Source: Pristiophorus japonicus
Taxonomy: Eukaryota
DNA: 64,000 nt
NCBI RefSeq assembly: GCF_044704955.1
Contig: NC_091980.1
Span: 180,048,001 to 180,112,000, forward strand
Direction of reading: 5' to 3'
The notes below the pieces were generated by a model. That model was not told where the DNA came from and did not search any database. It was given only the letters and a program-made list of their open reading frames with translations. Below, one piece after another: positions 24,210-34,767 of this stretch. Position 1 is the stretch's first letter. Each line of letters opens with the position of its first letter. The translations under genes were made by a program, and so were the position numbers.

Positions 24210-25381
24210 GGGCCCAAGTTTCCACATGATTTGCGCCTGATTTTTAGGAGCAACTGGTGGAGAACGGACTATTTTAGAAATCGCAATTCTCCACATTTTT
24301 TTTTCTGCCGTTCTACTCAGTTAGAACAGTTTCACTTTGGAACAGAATTTTTTCTTCAAAAGGGGGCGTGTCCGGCCACTGACGCCTGATTTCAAAGTTT
24401 CCACAGTGAAAACGTACTCCAAACTAACTTAGAATGGAGCAAGTGAAGATTTTTGTAGAACTGAAAAAACCTTGTCTACACATTAAAAAAATCAGGCACA
24501 GGTTACAAATTAGGCGTCCAGAACGAGGTGGGGGGGGGGGGGGGGGAAGGGAAGTCATTAAATTCTATAATAAATCCTTATTTATACTTATACAAATATT
24601 ATACAAATAAATCCAACCTGAATAAAAATTTATAAGCAAAGAAAAGATTAAATAAACCATCTTCCTACCTGTGTGAAAGTGCTTCAGCCAGGGAGAATGC
24701 TGCAGGAAGCCTCACAAGTTGAGGCAGCCGTTCGTTCCTGCGGGGGGGGGGGGGGGAAAGGAGGCAGCCGTTCGTTCCCGCGAGGGGGGGGGGGGGAAAG
24801 GAGGCAGCCGTTCGTTCCCGCGGGGGGGGGGGGGGGGGGGAGGAGGAAGCCGTTCGTTCCCGCCAGGAGGGGGGGGGGGGGGGGGAAGAGGCAGCCGTTC
24901 GTTCCCGCGGGGGGGGGGGAAAAGGAGGAAGCCATTTCCCGACGGCGGGCGGGGGGGGGGGAGGGAAACGGCTGCCTCAACTTTGAGGCTTCCTGCAGCC
25001 TTCTCACTGCTGCAAGAAGCCTCAGTGCTGATAGCAATGTACTTTTATTAAAAAATGTTCAAAAATTAAACAGCTACAAAGAACTACAAAAATGGCCGAG
25101 TGCCAATGTTTCCTTCACACTGCGCGTGCGCGAACATTCCAACGCGCACGCGCAGGGTTGCCGGCAGGAAAAAAAACTAATTTAAATGGTACCCTCCCCC
25201 TCCCACTTACAAAATCGGCGCGAGTGGTAGGCTCCGCCCCCCTGGGCGCCACGCCAAGCAGACATGGAGCTGCAGGGCGCTCCAGAATCGCGCATTTTTT
25301 TTCCGGCTCCGTTTTCGGTGCGAAAAACGGGCGCCCAGCTCGGAGGGGCGCCCATTTTTTATCGTGTGGAAACTTGGGGCC
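24210..25381. mobile_element. Young Harbinger/PIF-type MITE (~1.17 kb) with an internal G-rich tandem array
   Basis: TIRs gggcccaagtttccacatgat / atcgtgtggaaacttggggcc, 3-bp TSD CAT at 24207-24209 and 25382-25384, and a CpG-rich interior. Confidence 0.8.
24721..24965 (+). repeat. Tandem array of gaggcagccgttcgttcccgc plus poly-G (about 6 units)
   Basis: Directly visible, with G runs of about 10-20 nt between conserved ~21-nt cores. Confidence 0.9.
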
Positions 25382-25446
25382 CATGTGCCAGCACTAATTC
25401 ATAAATTGAAGCTGCCATAAGTTTTGCTTGCAATATTTTAGCAATA

Positions 25447-25781
25447 CAAGTTGTACCACTCCAGTCCGGGACTCTTTAGTCCAGAAACATCCCTGGTCCG
25501 GCATCATTCCCGGCAGAGATCGCGACCCGCGCTGTTCATGGAGGTTAGCGGGCCGGACAAGGAAAGGGAAGGGCAGGCTGACGCAGATACCGAGGATTGA
25601 AAAAAAAACGGTGATCCCGGCTTCTACGCAGCGCATGTGCAGAACATGCCGGGTCTTTGTCAGAAGCATTGTCAGCAGTACCCAATAAGTCTAGGGTTGG
25701 CATGACCTCCCGTGGTCCCGAAAATTCTCTGGTCCGGCACCGGTCAGGTCCCAAGGGTGCCGGACCAGAGAGGTCCAACTG
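25447..25781. mobile_element. Tc1/mariner (pogo/Tigger-like) MITE
   Basis: TA on both sides (25445-46 and 25782-83), with imperfect TIRs caagttgtaccactccagtccgg / ccggaccagagaggtccaactg. Confidence 0.7.
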
Positions 25782-26718
25782 TAGTAGCAAAATAGAACTG
25801 TTTCTTCTTCATATTGTCACCAGCCATAGTGGGTGCATAGGCTCGGTTATAGCAATCATATTTTCTTGAAGCTGATCAGGTCTATTAGCTTCAATAATTA
25901 TGCAATATGTTGAATAGCACAAATTTATTATGGATCATAAAACCCACCCCTATGATGCAACATGTTTAGTAGATATTGCCAGATACATCCAGTTCCAACT
26001 TTTGTAACTTTGGCCCTACTGAGAAAACTGGTTTTCCTCAGTGCAATAATATCCACACCAATTATTTGGCAATCAACACTGTTCTTTGCTGAAGGCGATA
26101 GGAGTTGGATGTTTGCAGAACTTTCCAATTCTCCATGATGTAAAGGCCAAATATTGTTCCTTTTTACGCTGGCGAATGCTGTTAATTGTGGCCTAATGAT
26201 CACGATAGACTGTTCAGGCTAATTCCATTAGCTGATATTGAAAATACTAATATAGCAGGTCGGTAGCAACAATGCTAAAGTGTTTTATGCCTGACCAGGG
26301 GAACCAGGTTTGAACCCCAGCCACAACTGTTAGCCAAACATTGGATGTCAATTGGAGATCCAGCCAGCAGTTTTTGAAGGGAAGGCAGGCAGAGACAAGG
26401 GGCGAAACCATGACTCGTGTTGGGCACATTATTGAATTGACACTTGCCCAATTTGTTTGTTTCTGAATATTAAATTAAGTCATTTTTTTTAAAAACTGGA
26501 ATTTTAATTAATTACCTGTTAGTCACCAGTATTTTTTTTTAAAAAAGAGTAATTTTATCATAAAATTTGTAATATACGATCACATACATTGTAAAAGGCA
26601 CTATTGGACATATATATATATATATAAAGATATATAAAGACTATTATACTGGAGTTTATGGTTTCTGTTTACAACTGTTGATATTTACTTATTTGTGTTT
26701 CATTCCCTACCCAGAATA

Positions 26719-26765
26719 GTGTGTGTGTACATGTATGTGTGCGTGTGCGTGTGCGTGTGCGTGTG
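26719..26765 (+). repeat. (TG)n/(TGTGCG)n microsatellite
   Basis: gtgtgtgtgtacatgtatgtgtgcgtgtgcgtgtgcgtgtgcgtgtg. Confidence 0.85.
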
Positions 26766-28724
26766 GTGGGGGGGGAATCATGATAATAAAAATGGTTGAA
26801 TACTTTTGAGTTGAGTACAGCTTGACGTTGGCATCTTTCCAAGGCACCCTATTTAGACCTAATGTGAGTAGCTCCCAGCCATATGTCAAATGCCTTCATG
26901 CCATTCACAATTCATACCATAAAATCCATGCACCAAACTTGTTACACTACAACCAACACATCAAAGAAAATCACACCCATGTCCCAAAGACCAGCAAACA
27001 CTTTCTGGCACTGCAAAAGCTGGTTATTGTGAGAATATATTTCTTGAAAAAACACTCAACTACCTGACATTCCACCAGATGTAAAAGGTTGTGGGAAATT
27101 TCCTTTTAAAGAGAGGAAAAAAAGGGAAGAAAATAAAACACTGAAGCTTCAGGATTTCAAAAAAAAGATTTGATCTAAAGGTTAAGGCGATTTTCCAAAC
27201 TAGCAATATTCATGCACCGCATGATAATCCTGGAATCCAGTAACTCAAAAGAATATTGCATAACAAAAAGAATAAAGGGTGGCAGATTTAGTCAGAACTC
27301 AGCAATTTTTTCTACTCCTCATCCATCAGGGCAACTGTAAACATGAAAAGACTGTGAGCTGGTATGTGGCTGTTTCAGTGCGACATTCTAGTATTGCCAA
27401 CAAAAACAACGCAGGTGCAGGCAGAAATTCTGTTAATCTGTGATAACAGCAGCTTTAGTCTTTGGGTTGGATTTCAGTGCATTGGAGTGACAACACAGCA
27501 GGAAATTTAAAGGAGCAGGAAAGCACAAGAAACAGGCATCTTTTTTCTTATTGCGCATACTGGCGCCTTTTTTTTTTTAATTAAAAATTTATACTGCAAA
27601 AAAATGATTTGTCCCTGGATGCCGCCATTAAATTTGGTGACTTTACAACGATTTAGCCAATCACGATGGAGTGAACATGAAAGTTTCTTGCAACAAACTA
27701 AAATTGCAACAACAATCTGTTGCCTCTGCTACCACAGGGCAGAAACAGCTGGTTGTCTACATGATTTCAGCTTGTTGCAAGAAAGCATCACACTGGCTTT
27801 CCTACGGCAAGGTACACTAAACAAGGTACAACTTAAGGCACCAGGACCAGCAACAAAAGTGAAGCACTACTTCAAGGATTGACGTGAAAGATGACCAGGA
27901 CAGCAAAGGGAGGAAGATAAATTTAGGACCAATACCAGAACGTTCTTCACACAAAGAGTAATCAATACTTGGAATGGACCTCGACAAAATTATTTCTTGA
28001 GAAAGCTGGATCATATGATTGATTGGGGCTAAGAATGAGAAGGGGAAGAAGGGTACGGAATAACTGTAGTCTTTTTTTTTTAAATACAAGGATAAGTGAC
28101 GTTCATACAGCCAAGTATCCCATCCCTAGGCTTATTTCCCCTTTGAGCATCTTTGCTTCCCAGTATCGTATAGCCTGACCTGGGTTTCAAAATAAAAGGA
28201 AGAAAATCTTTCCACAAATAACATATGAAGTTGATTTGCTAACACTCTGGTGAAACAATTTGGTATCAAACTTTTGGTATATAATATTTTACAAGTACAC
28301 AGTACATGGAGCTCTGTTTTCAGACATGTGTGACTGAATTTATATTGCAAGGTTTACTGAGTCATTGAGCATGACTGTAACAGTAATCCACACATATTAT
28401 TAGTAATGATTGTTCCTTCTTGCTCTTGGAACAAGTGGGACACAGATGTTCTGAATTAGGTTTCAGAACACAGACACCTTGTGCAGGTGCACTCAAATGA
28501 ACCAAATTCTCTGCCCATTTGTTGATGCCAGAATTCTTTTAGGAGAACATTAACGGAGAGGTGGATGTTGCCTGGCCTACTGTATTGGGAGAAGGGTGGG
28601 GAGAGGGATTCCAATGAGTGCTAGTCTTGCGGTTTATGCACAAAAATTCAACCTGGTTACATTGTATGGGTTAGGAGAAAGAAAATAACACTTCAGGGAG
28701 TTAGTGGAAGACTTAGAATCTTAC

Positions 28725-28955
28725 TTTCTTGTATCCACAAATCCAACAGAGTTAATGGTAGTCCCTTCTGGCTTTTTCCAGCCTATAAGATATTTGCTGG
28801 TAGCTCCTTGACGAGGGTAAAACGTTCTGGGCCCAGATGCCGATGCTGAGTGGAATGAAGTCTGCGGTGAAGGAGTTGGCCGAATCTCGTCATGAGGTGA
28901 ACTCCTACTGTGCGAGAAGACCACTGGACTTATGGAATGTCTTGAACTCAGAGTA
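28725..28955 (-). CDS. SIPA1L1: SIPA1L1-like coding exon
   Basis: Acceptor ttcatttttactctag and donor AA|gtaaga. 231 nt, phase 2 to 2. (S)[20 protein letters not shown]...[37 protein letters not shown] contains the family motif [18 protein letters not shown]. Confidence 0.95.
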
Positions 28956-29435
28956 CTAGAGTAAAAATGAAATTAGTTGTTACATGAGTATGCAGCTTAA
29001 GGCCAATATTTCAGTCCATTAGTTTGGTCCAACAATACCCAAACTTTATACTATAATTTTCCCTTTGTTAAAATGAACAATTAATTTTCTTCAATTATGG
29101 AAAGTTAGCTGAATAAGGTAACTAATCATTTATTTTTGCTGGCTTGGCATTAATATAGAACTGAAAGGATTGGCATGATGTGCAGGCAAAGGTGGAAACT
29201 GCTGCAGAGCAGAAGAGAAAAAATTGCAGATGTGTCATCTTCAAATGTCCAATAACTCTTCCTAAAACAGTCTGGTTAAATACGGCAAGGCATGGGGAAG
29301 GATTCTTTTTGTTCAAAGGGCTAATCAGATCCTTGGATTTGTACGGATATAAAAAGGAAGATGATGGAAATTCTTTTCCACGTATAAATCTGTATAACAT
29401 TAGTCGTACCACTAATAAATCACACCTAGTGAAAA

Positions 29436-29750
29436 GGTGATCAAAGAGGTGGGTTTTCAGGAAGGTCTTAAAAAGGAGAGATGGAGAGGATTCCATGATT
29501 TGGAACCCAGGTGCCTTAAGGCACGGCCGCATATGGTGGGGCAAGGAGAGAGGGGATCCACAAGAGACCCTTGGTCAGAGGACTGGAAAGTTCATGTCGG
29601 GGTTGTAGGGTTTGAGGAGATAGGGAGGGGCAAGGCTATGAAGGGATATAAACATGAGGATTTAAATTTGAGATGCTGGGGGATCAAGAGCAATGTAGGC
29701 CAGCATAGACAAAGGTGATGGGTAAGTGGAACTTCGTGTGGGACATATAG
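29436..29750 (-). mobile_element. Degraded L2 fragment
   Basis: Collinear with 48355-48700 (aaagaggtgggttttcaggaaggtcttaaa; caatgtaggccagc). Confidence 0.6.
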
Positions 29751-31220
29751 AGAACATCCCTTCTTGGGAACTGTTCCTGACAAAACTATCCTGAAGATTA
29801 TTAATCTAGCTGCAAGGTTTTACATAAGAAAAGACAGATTTCTGGCAACGGTGCTAAATTTCTGATGCTGGGTTACTAATGAGAGCTTAGGCACATGTAA
29901 CAATTTCCTCTTCAGGTTCAGACACTTAACACATACTAATCACACTGACATGCTCAAAGCAACATTTTTGCAAAGAATATATAAAAATTGTAATGCAAAT
30001 CGTATACACACAGCTAAATATCACCAAAATATTCATGAAAAACATCCAACATTTAGGAAGATTGACATGAAAGTGGATGCTCGACTTATTCTGCAACATT
30101 ATAATTGACAATTTAGGATTAGGATCTTAAACTACAGCCATCTGTTCACCAGCTAATCCGACTCATCAGGGCAGGATACCAGCTACAACAGAGCATCGGC
30201 AGTCAATGAGAAGCTTGTCTTCTGTTTCATTTAAAAGTTTTCAAGTATTTACTGTTCTAACTTCATGGGATATTTTCTCTTGGGGAAATAAATTGGTAAC
30301 CTGTGAAGCTCTTGCGATGGTTTAGTGGACAACATGGCATGGCACAGAGTTATACAGATCAGACAGGCCATGCTTCCTCCTCGGCCCAATGGTGGGTTAG
30401 TTGCTCTCAGTCGGACTGGGAATGAGGTGATGCAATTAGCTTCACCATTCTTGGACTAAGGATGGAGGTAGTTTTTAAACGAATATCCCCATGGTTGTTG
30501 CTCCTGATTGATATCCATGACCTCAGATAGATGCTCAAGTACAACAGTTTGTAGAGCATCTGGTCAAATGCAAATTTCCGTATTTAAATATGTACGAGTA
30601 AATCTGCAATCCCACAATTGCAATAAGTGTGGGTCAGAGATGGGGCTACAATGTTGTATTTTCCAACTCAGCACAGCTCACTGCTGGAAGTACAAAATTA
30701 CCACTATAAATGATCCGGTGGCAGCCCAATAGTGCTGAAATATACTAAGCCAGTGTGTGATGTATAGTCATTACCAGCTGCCTAGCTGCTGACCTCAGTA
30801 GCGCCTTTGAGTGGAGGTGCCAAGCAAAGGCCAGCACTTTCCCAAAAGGGAGCGAGGGAAGGAAAATCATTGGGAGTAAATTGGCAGCACCGCTGTGACT
30901 CCCAGCCTTCAAGCAGATTTCCCATTTTCACTTCTCTCACTATTACTCCCAGTCATTCAGGGAGCACGTAGGCAGCAGTCACCTATGGCTATTCTCGCTC
31001 ACCTCCCAACTACAGTCTCAGCTGCACTTCACACTTTGTAATGGGCTGGGCTGGGTGCCCTCAGCCCAGGTTATGCTCATAAGAGGTTCTAATGGCTGAC
31101 CAGCGAGTAAATTGACAGACCCCCACCTTAACTAGCGGAGACATTATTGAGACTATATGCACTGCTTTCTCACGCTGAAATGGGATGAGGAGGTGGGCAA
31201 ATAAGGAAAAGAGAGAAGAA

Positions 31221-31234
31221 ACACACACAAACAC

Positions 31235-31265
<31 letters not shown>

Positions 31266-31273
31266 AAAAAAAA
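31221..31273 (+). repeat. (CA)n plus poly-A microsatellite next to the exon donor at 31285
   Basis: acacacacaaacacacacacacacacacacacaaacacacacacaaaaaaaaaa. Confidence 0.9.
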
Positions 31274-31285
31274 ACCCAGAGTTAC

Positions 31286-31761
31286 CTGGACTGGGAGGAG
31301 GTATCACTGAGGCTGTATGCACTGCTTTCTCGAACTGGTAGATTGGATGTACTGTGCGCTAATCCTCCGTAAGACTTGCTTTGACTTTCTGTGCTCGGTG
31401 CTGGCGATAGTGCTCCCCTCCTTTCGTAACCATGAGCTGCCCGATCTCCTAATCGGCTGCAATGCATGCCCCCCTCACTGGAGCCAGGCCAAGGAGAAGC
31501 CGCCTTCTCCTTCAGTGGCACAGACCTCAAAGAACTTGTTGGACAAGCTGGAATTCCCAAAGACAACACGGTGCCATGACATGGCCCGTAAGAGGTTGTG
31601 TCAATGCCACTGTCTGCGGACGTGCCCTGAATGTAGTTATATCCGTTCAGTTCAGACTCCGTGCGGTCCCCTGTGTCATACCACTTCTCATCGCTGTGGG
31701 CACTTGAAGCATTGCTGGAAAGTGTGTTGCTGCTCGAGTGACTTGAATACTGAGCATCAGT
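31286..31761 (-). CDS. SIPA1L1: SIPA1L1-like coding exon containing the DSGIDT phosphodegron
   Basis: Strong acceptor ttccttcccccactctcttcccag and donor AG|gtaact. 476 nt, phase 0 to 2. TDAQYSSHSSSNTLSSNASSAHSDEKWYDTGDRTESELNGYNYIQGTSADSGIDTTSYGP...RESSAYSLSDTSSQS; the first ~60 aa are nearly identical to recalled SIPA1L1. Confidence 0.95.
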
Positions 31762-32427
31762 CTGGGAAGAGAGTGGGGGAAGGAAACAGAGTTACATGGG
31801 GGGTCTATGCTCTAAACTATTTAACAGCTCCAGCTCTATTAATAAAACTCACAATTCAAAATATATAAATAGTTTACAGCAAAATTCTTGAAAGCAAAAT
31901 CAGATAAGAAACCTATACATTAAAAAACTTCTAATTGGTTATTGCAAACATGATGTAAACGGATATTATAAATCATAAACCATTTCCATGCTTAGATACA
32001 ACACCATGATGCCTTTGTCCTATCACAGTGGCATTGTGGACGGCAGCCCTCAACATCAATGGCAATTGAATCTACAGGGTTTAACTGCCTCCGGAAGATT
32101 TTAGATCTCTCCTCAGAGGTGGTGTTCCTGGACCCCTCCACAGGCAGAAACCCCAGTGAAGCAAATATAAACCCCCCCTCTCTTCAGACTCCATGTCTAC
32201 GGCTGAAGGTTGGGAGGGCGTGTTGGTTGATATGGAAGTTGTAGATTGTGCATGCACACTGTTCTCTGTTACTGTTTCAGCTCCACTCTGTTCCTGGCAT
32301 TTCACCAGCTCCTGGACTGACTATGGAAATCGCTAGTGCACAGGCAGCAAATCTCACTGTATAGTTTTGAAGAGCAGTAATTTGTTGAGAGATGTCGTGC
32401 TGCAACACATCTCCTGCCTCTCTTCTT

Positions 32428-32635
32428 AGACAGTCCCCCGGTGTCGAGGATGACTTGCTGCCACAATAAATGAGTTCTAAGGTGACTGATGCCAGGTCCT
32501 GAACTTCATTTTCAAGGGTGGAAGATGCCTGTGCGTGAATTCTTTTAACGCGGCGTGGCCATTGCACACCAGCTACCACACGGACTTAGTCCAATGGCAA
32601 GGGGATCCAAGATGATTGGAGACCAGACTCTGTTG
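32428..32635 (-). mobile_element. RTE-related 3'-end repeat
   Basis: tagacagtcccccggtgtcgaggatgacttgctgccac matches the RTE 3' end at 3282-3320. Confidence 0.55.
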
Positions 32636-32752
32636 CATGGGCCTAACACACACACATATATTCCTACTGACCTCCTTCCTCCCCCAGGTCCTCTCTCCCT
32701 GGTTTTCAGAGACTGCAATGTAGGTGAGCGCATTGATCTTGGAGCAGCTTGA

Positions 32753-32900
32753 CCTAGTGTCAACCCTCTCCAGGTATCTGAAAGCCCCATGGTCCTAGTG
32801 TCAATCCTCTCCAGATATCTCAAACCCCATGGTCCTAGTGTCAATCCTCTCCAGATATCTCAAACCCCATGGTCCTAGTGTCAACCCTCTCCAGGTATCT
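32753..32900 (+). repeat. Minisatellite, 40-41-bp unit, about 3.7 copies
   Basis: cctagtgtcaa(c/t)cctctccag(g/a)tatct(g/c)aaa(g)ccccatggt repeated head to tail. Confidence 0.95.
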
Positions 32901-34767
32901 TAGGTATCCTGCCATATGGACAGTGCATTGCATTAAGTGTATGTGCACCACAGCTGTAACCTAACTTCATCATTGTGACAAACTGCTCTCCAAAGCAAAT
33001 GGACTTGTCTTGGTCCATGTGGAAGAGCTGTCAGAACAGAGATTTCAAGTTCATCGGTGCAAAGCAAAATCCAGATGACTAACAATTTGAAAAAGACGCC
33101 ACAACGCTTCATCTGGAGCAAAAGATACAGTTCACGTGGGATAAGCTGTCATGGGAAACTATCAACAAGTTTGATCAGCAGAGAATGTGCTTCAGATGCT
33201 GATTGTAAACACTTCAGTGACCTAACTGGTATATTAATGTGTTCAGGGAATGTTGTAGCAGTATATAAAGCAGCACCTCTCCAGGTATTAGAGATTACAC
33301 TTCAAGGGAATCTTGAAAACTGGCATTGGAAGATCCCTGATGCCTCAGTGAATCTGTGATGACACAAACCACCATTGCAACGGACCGATTGTGTAGTGAC
33401 CAGACTCAGTAAAAAGTGCTGGCACAGTGACCATGTGTCACGTTCTACGTACGGAATATGTTCCTCACATTAAAGACGGAGCCGTAAGACGATTCTCTCG
33501 GGCCATACCACGTTTACCCTGTGGACAGCACAGGGCTGTGACTATGCAGCTACTAACTGGTTGATGTCAGTAGCACAAGCAAAAGCATTTAAACAATCGC
33601 CCCCACGGAAATATTTTAACGGCTGACTCATGCGGCCATGTGAAAACATCAATATTTCATAAACTATCAGTGATCAATGGAGCCTGACTGAGTACATGCC
33701 TTTGCTTGGTTTCTCAAATGCTTTTATTTGACATTTCCTGTTATTTAGGCTTAGGAATGGAAGTAGCTACCCAGGTCGTTTCATGGCTTGTATTTTATGG
33801 TGGGGTGTGGGGGGTGCGGGAAGAGAGGGAGGAAGAGACTACAATCAAAAACAAAAAATACATTTAATTTCAAAGTATTTATCCCTTTGAAGACTGCTCC
33901 ACACCAAAATTAGGAGGGCAATTTTCATTTTACTCCCTGAAGATTATGTCTCATCATTCTATATATTCAGTTTTTTTCTTGAGCTCTGCCTTCTAAGTTC
34001 ACTGAAATTCAATATAATCCCAGTTTGAAAATGCACACATCTTGAAAGATTTATTAGCACTCATGGATTTCATTCTTCCAACCGTGCACCCCGACCCACA
34101 TCCTCCACTCCTTCGAGTTTGCTCATCTCCAACTGCCCGTGCTCCGTCTTTGATGACGGATCGCTACGCCCTCGCTCTTTAGAACTCTTTCCCAAGACCA
34201 TTTTTGCCAGCCTCGCTCCTTTCTACCGAAAGGAAAACCATCTCCAAGACTGTGGGTTCAGGGTCACTTTTAATTTTATCCATCTGCTTCTCAGCATCCT
34301 CCTCTCCCCATTCGACATTATGCCATGTCAAAGGCTGTAGCAGGATCTGAGCTGAAGATTTTGATTCCCCGAGTTTCTCAATTGTAAATGAGTGCCAAGG
34401 ACTAGGAGAAAAAACGCATCACCAGAATTTTACTCTTTTTGCAGAGTGATCTATAATTTATATAGTGCCTCAGGTTCAGTTTGAACAGGAGCTCCACTGA
34501 CGCTGTTTAACAGGGCCGTTTCCTCCTAATATATAGCTCTACCTGTGAATTCCTGTGGCACTACAGCCAGTGCTGTTTATAATAAAGGGAACAGGTCACC
34601 TGACTCTGGTGAGTTCCGGTATGTTCTGCCATCTTAAGGCTGGGTGTGTTTCTATGAATTACTGAAAATATAACAATGGCAATGAAGATGGGTTTATCGG
34701 AAATAGAAAGCTGAAATTTTTGTTGGTGGAGGATTCAGCCAACCGAGAGACTTTGAGAGCTGCGCCT

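Noticed and set aside
24721-24965. Repeat-spacer appearance suggesting a CRISPR array
   Set aside because: The spacers are poly-G, the context is a vertebrate intron and there are no cas genes. The 32753-32900 array likewise has no unique spacers.
24673-25185. Gly-rich and Pro-rich ORFs of 110-170 aa
   Set aside because: They are read-through of the G-run tandem array inside a MITE.
31317-31868. 183-aa Cys-rich plus-strand ORF
   Set aside because: It is the antisense shadow of the Ser-rich SIPA1L1-like exon.
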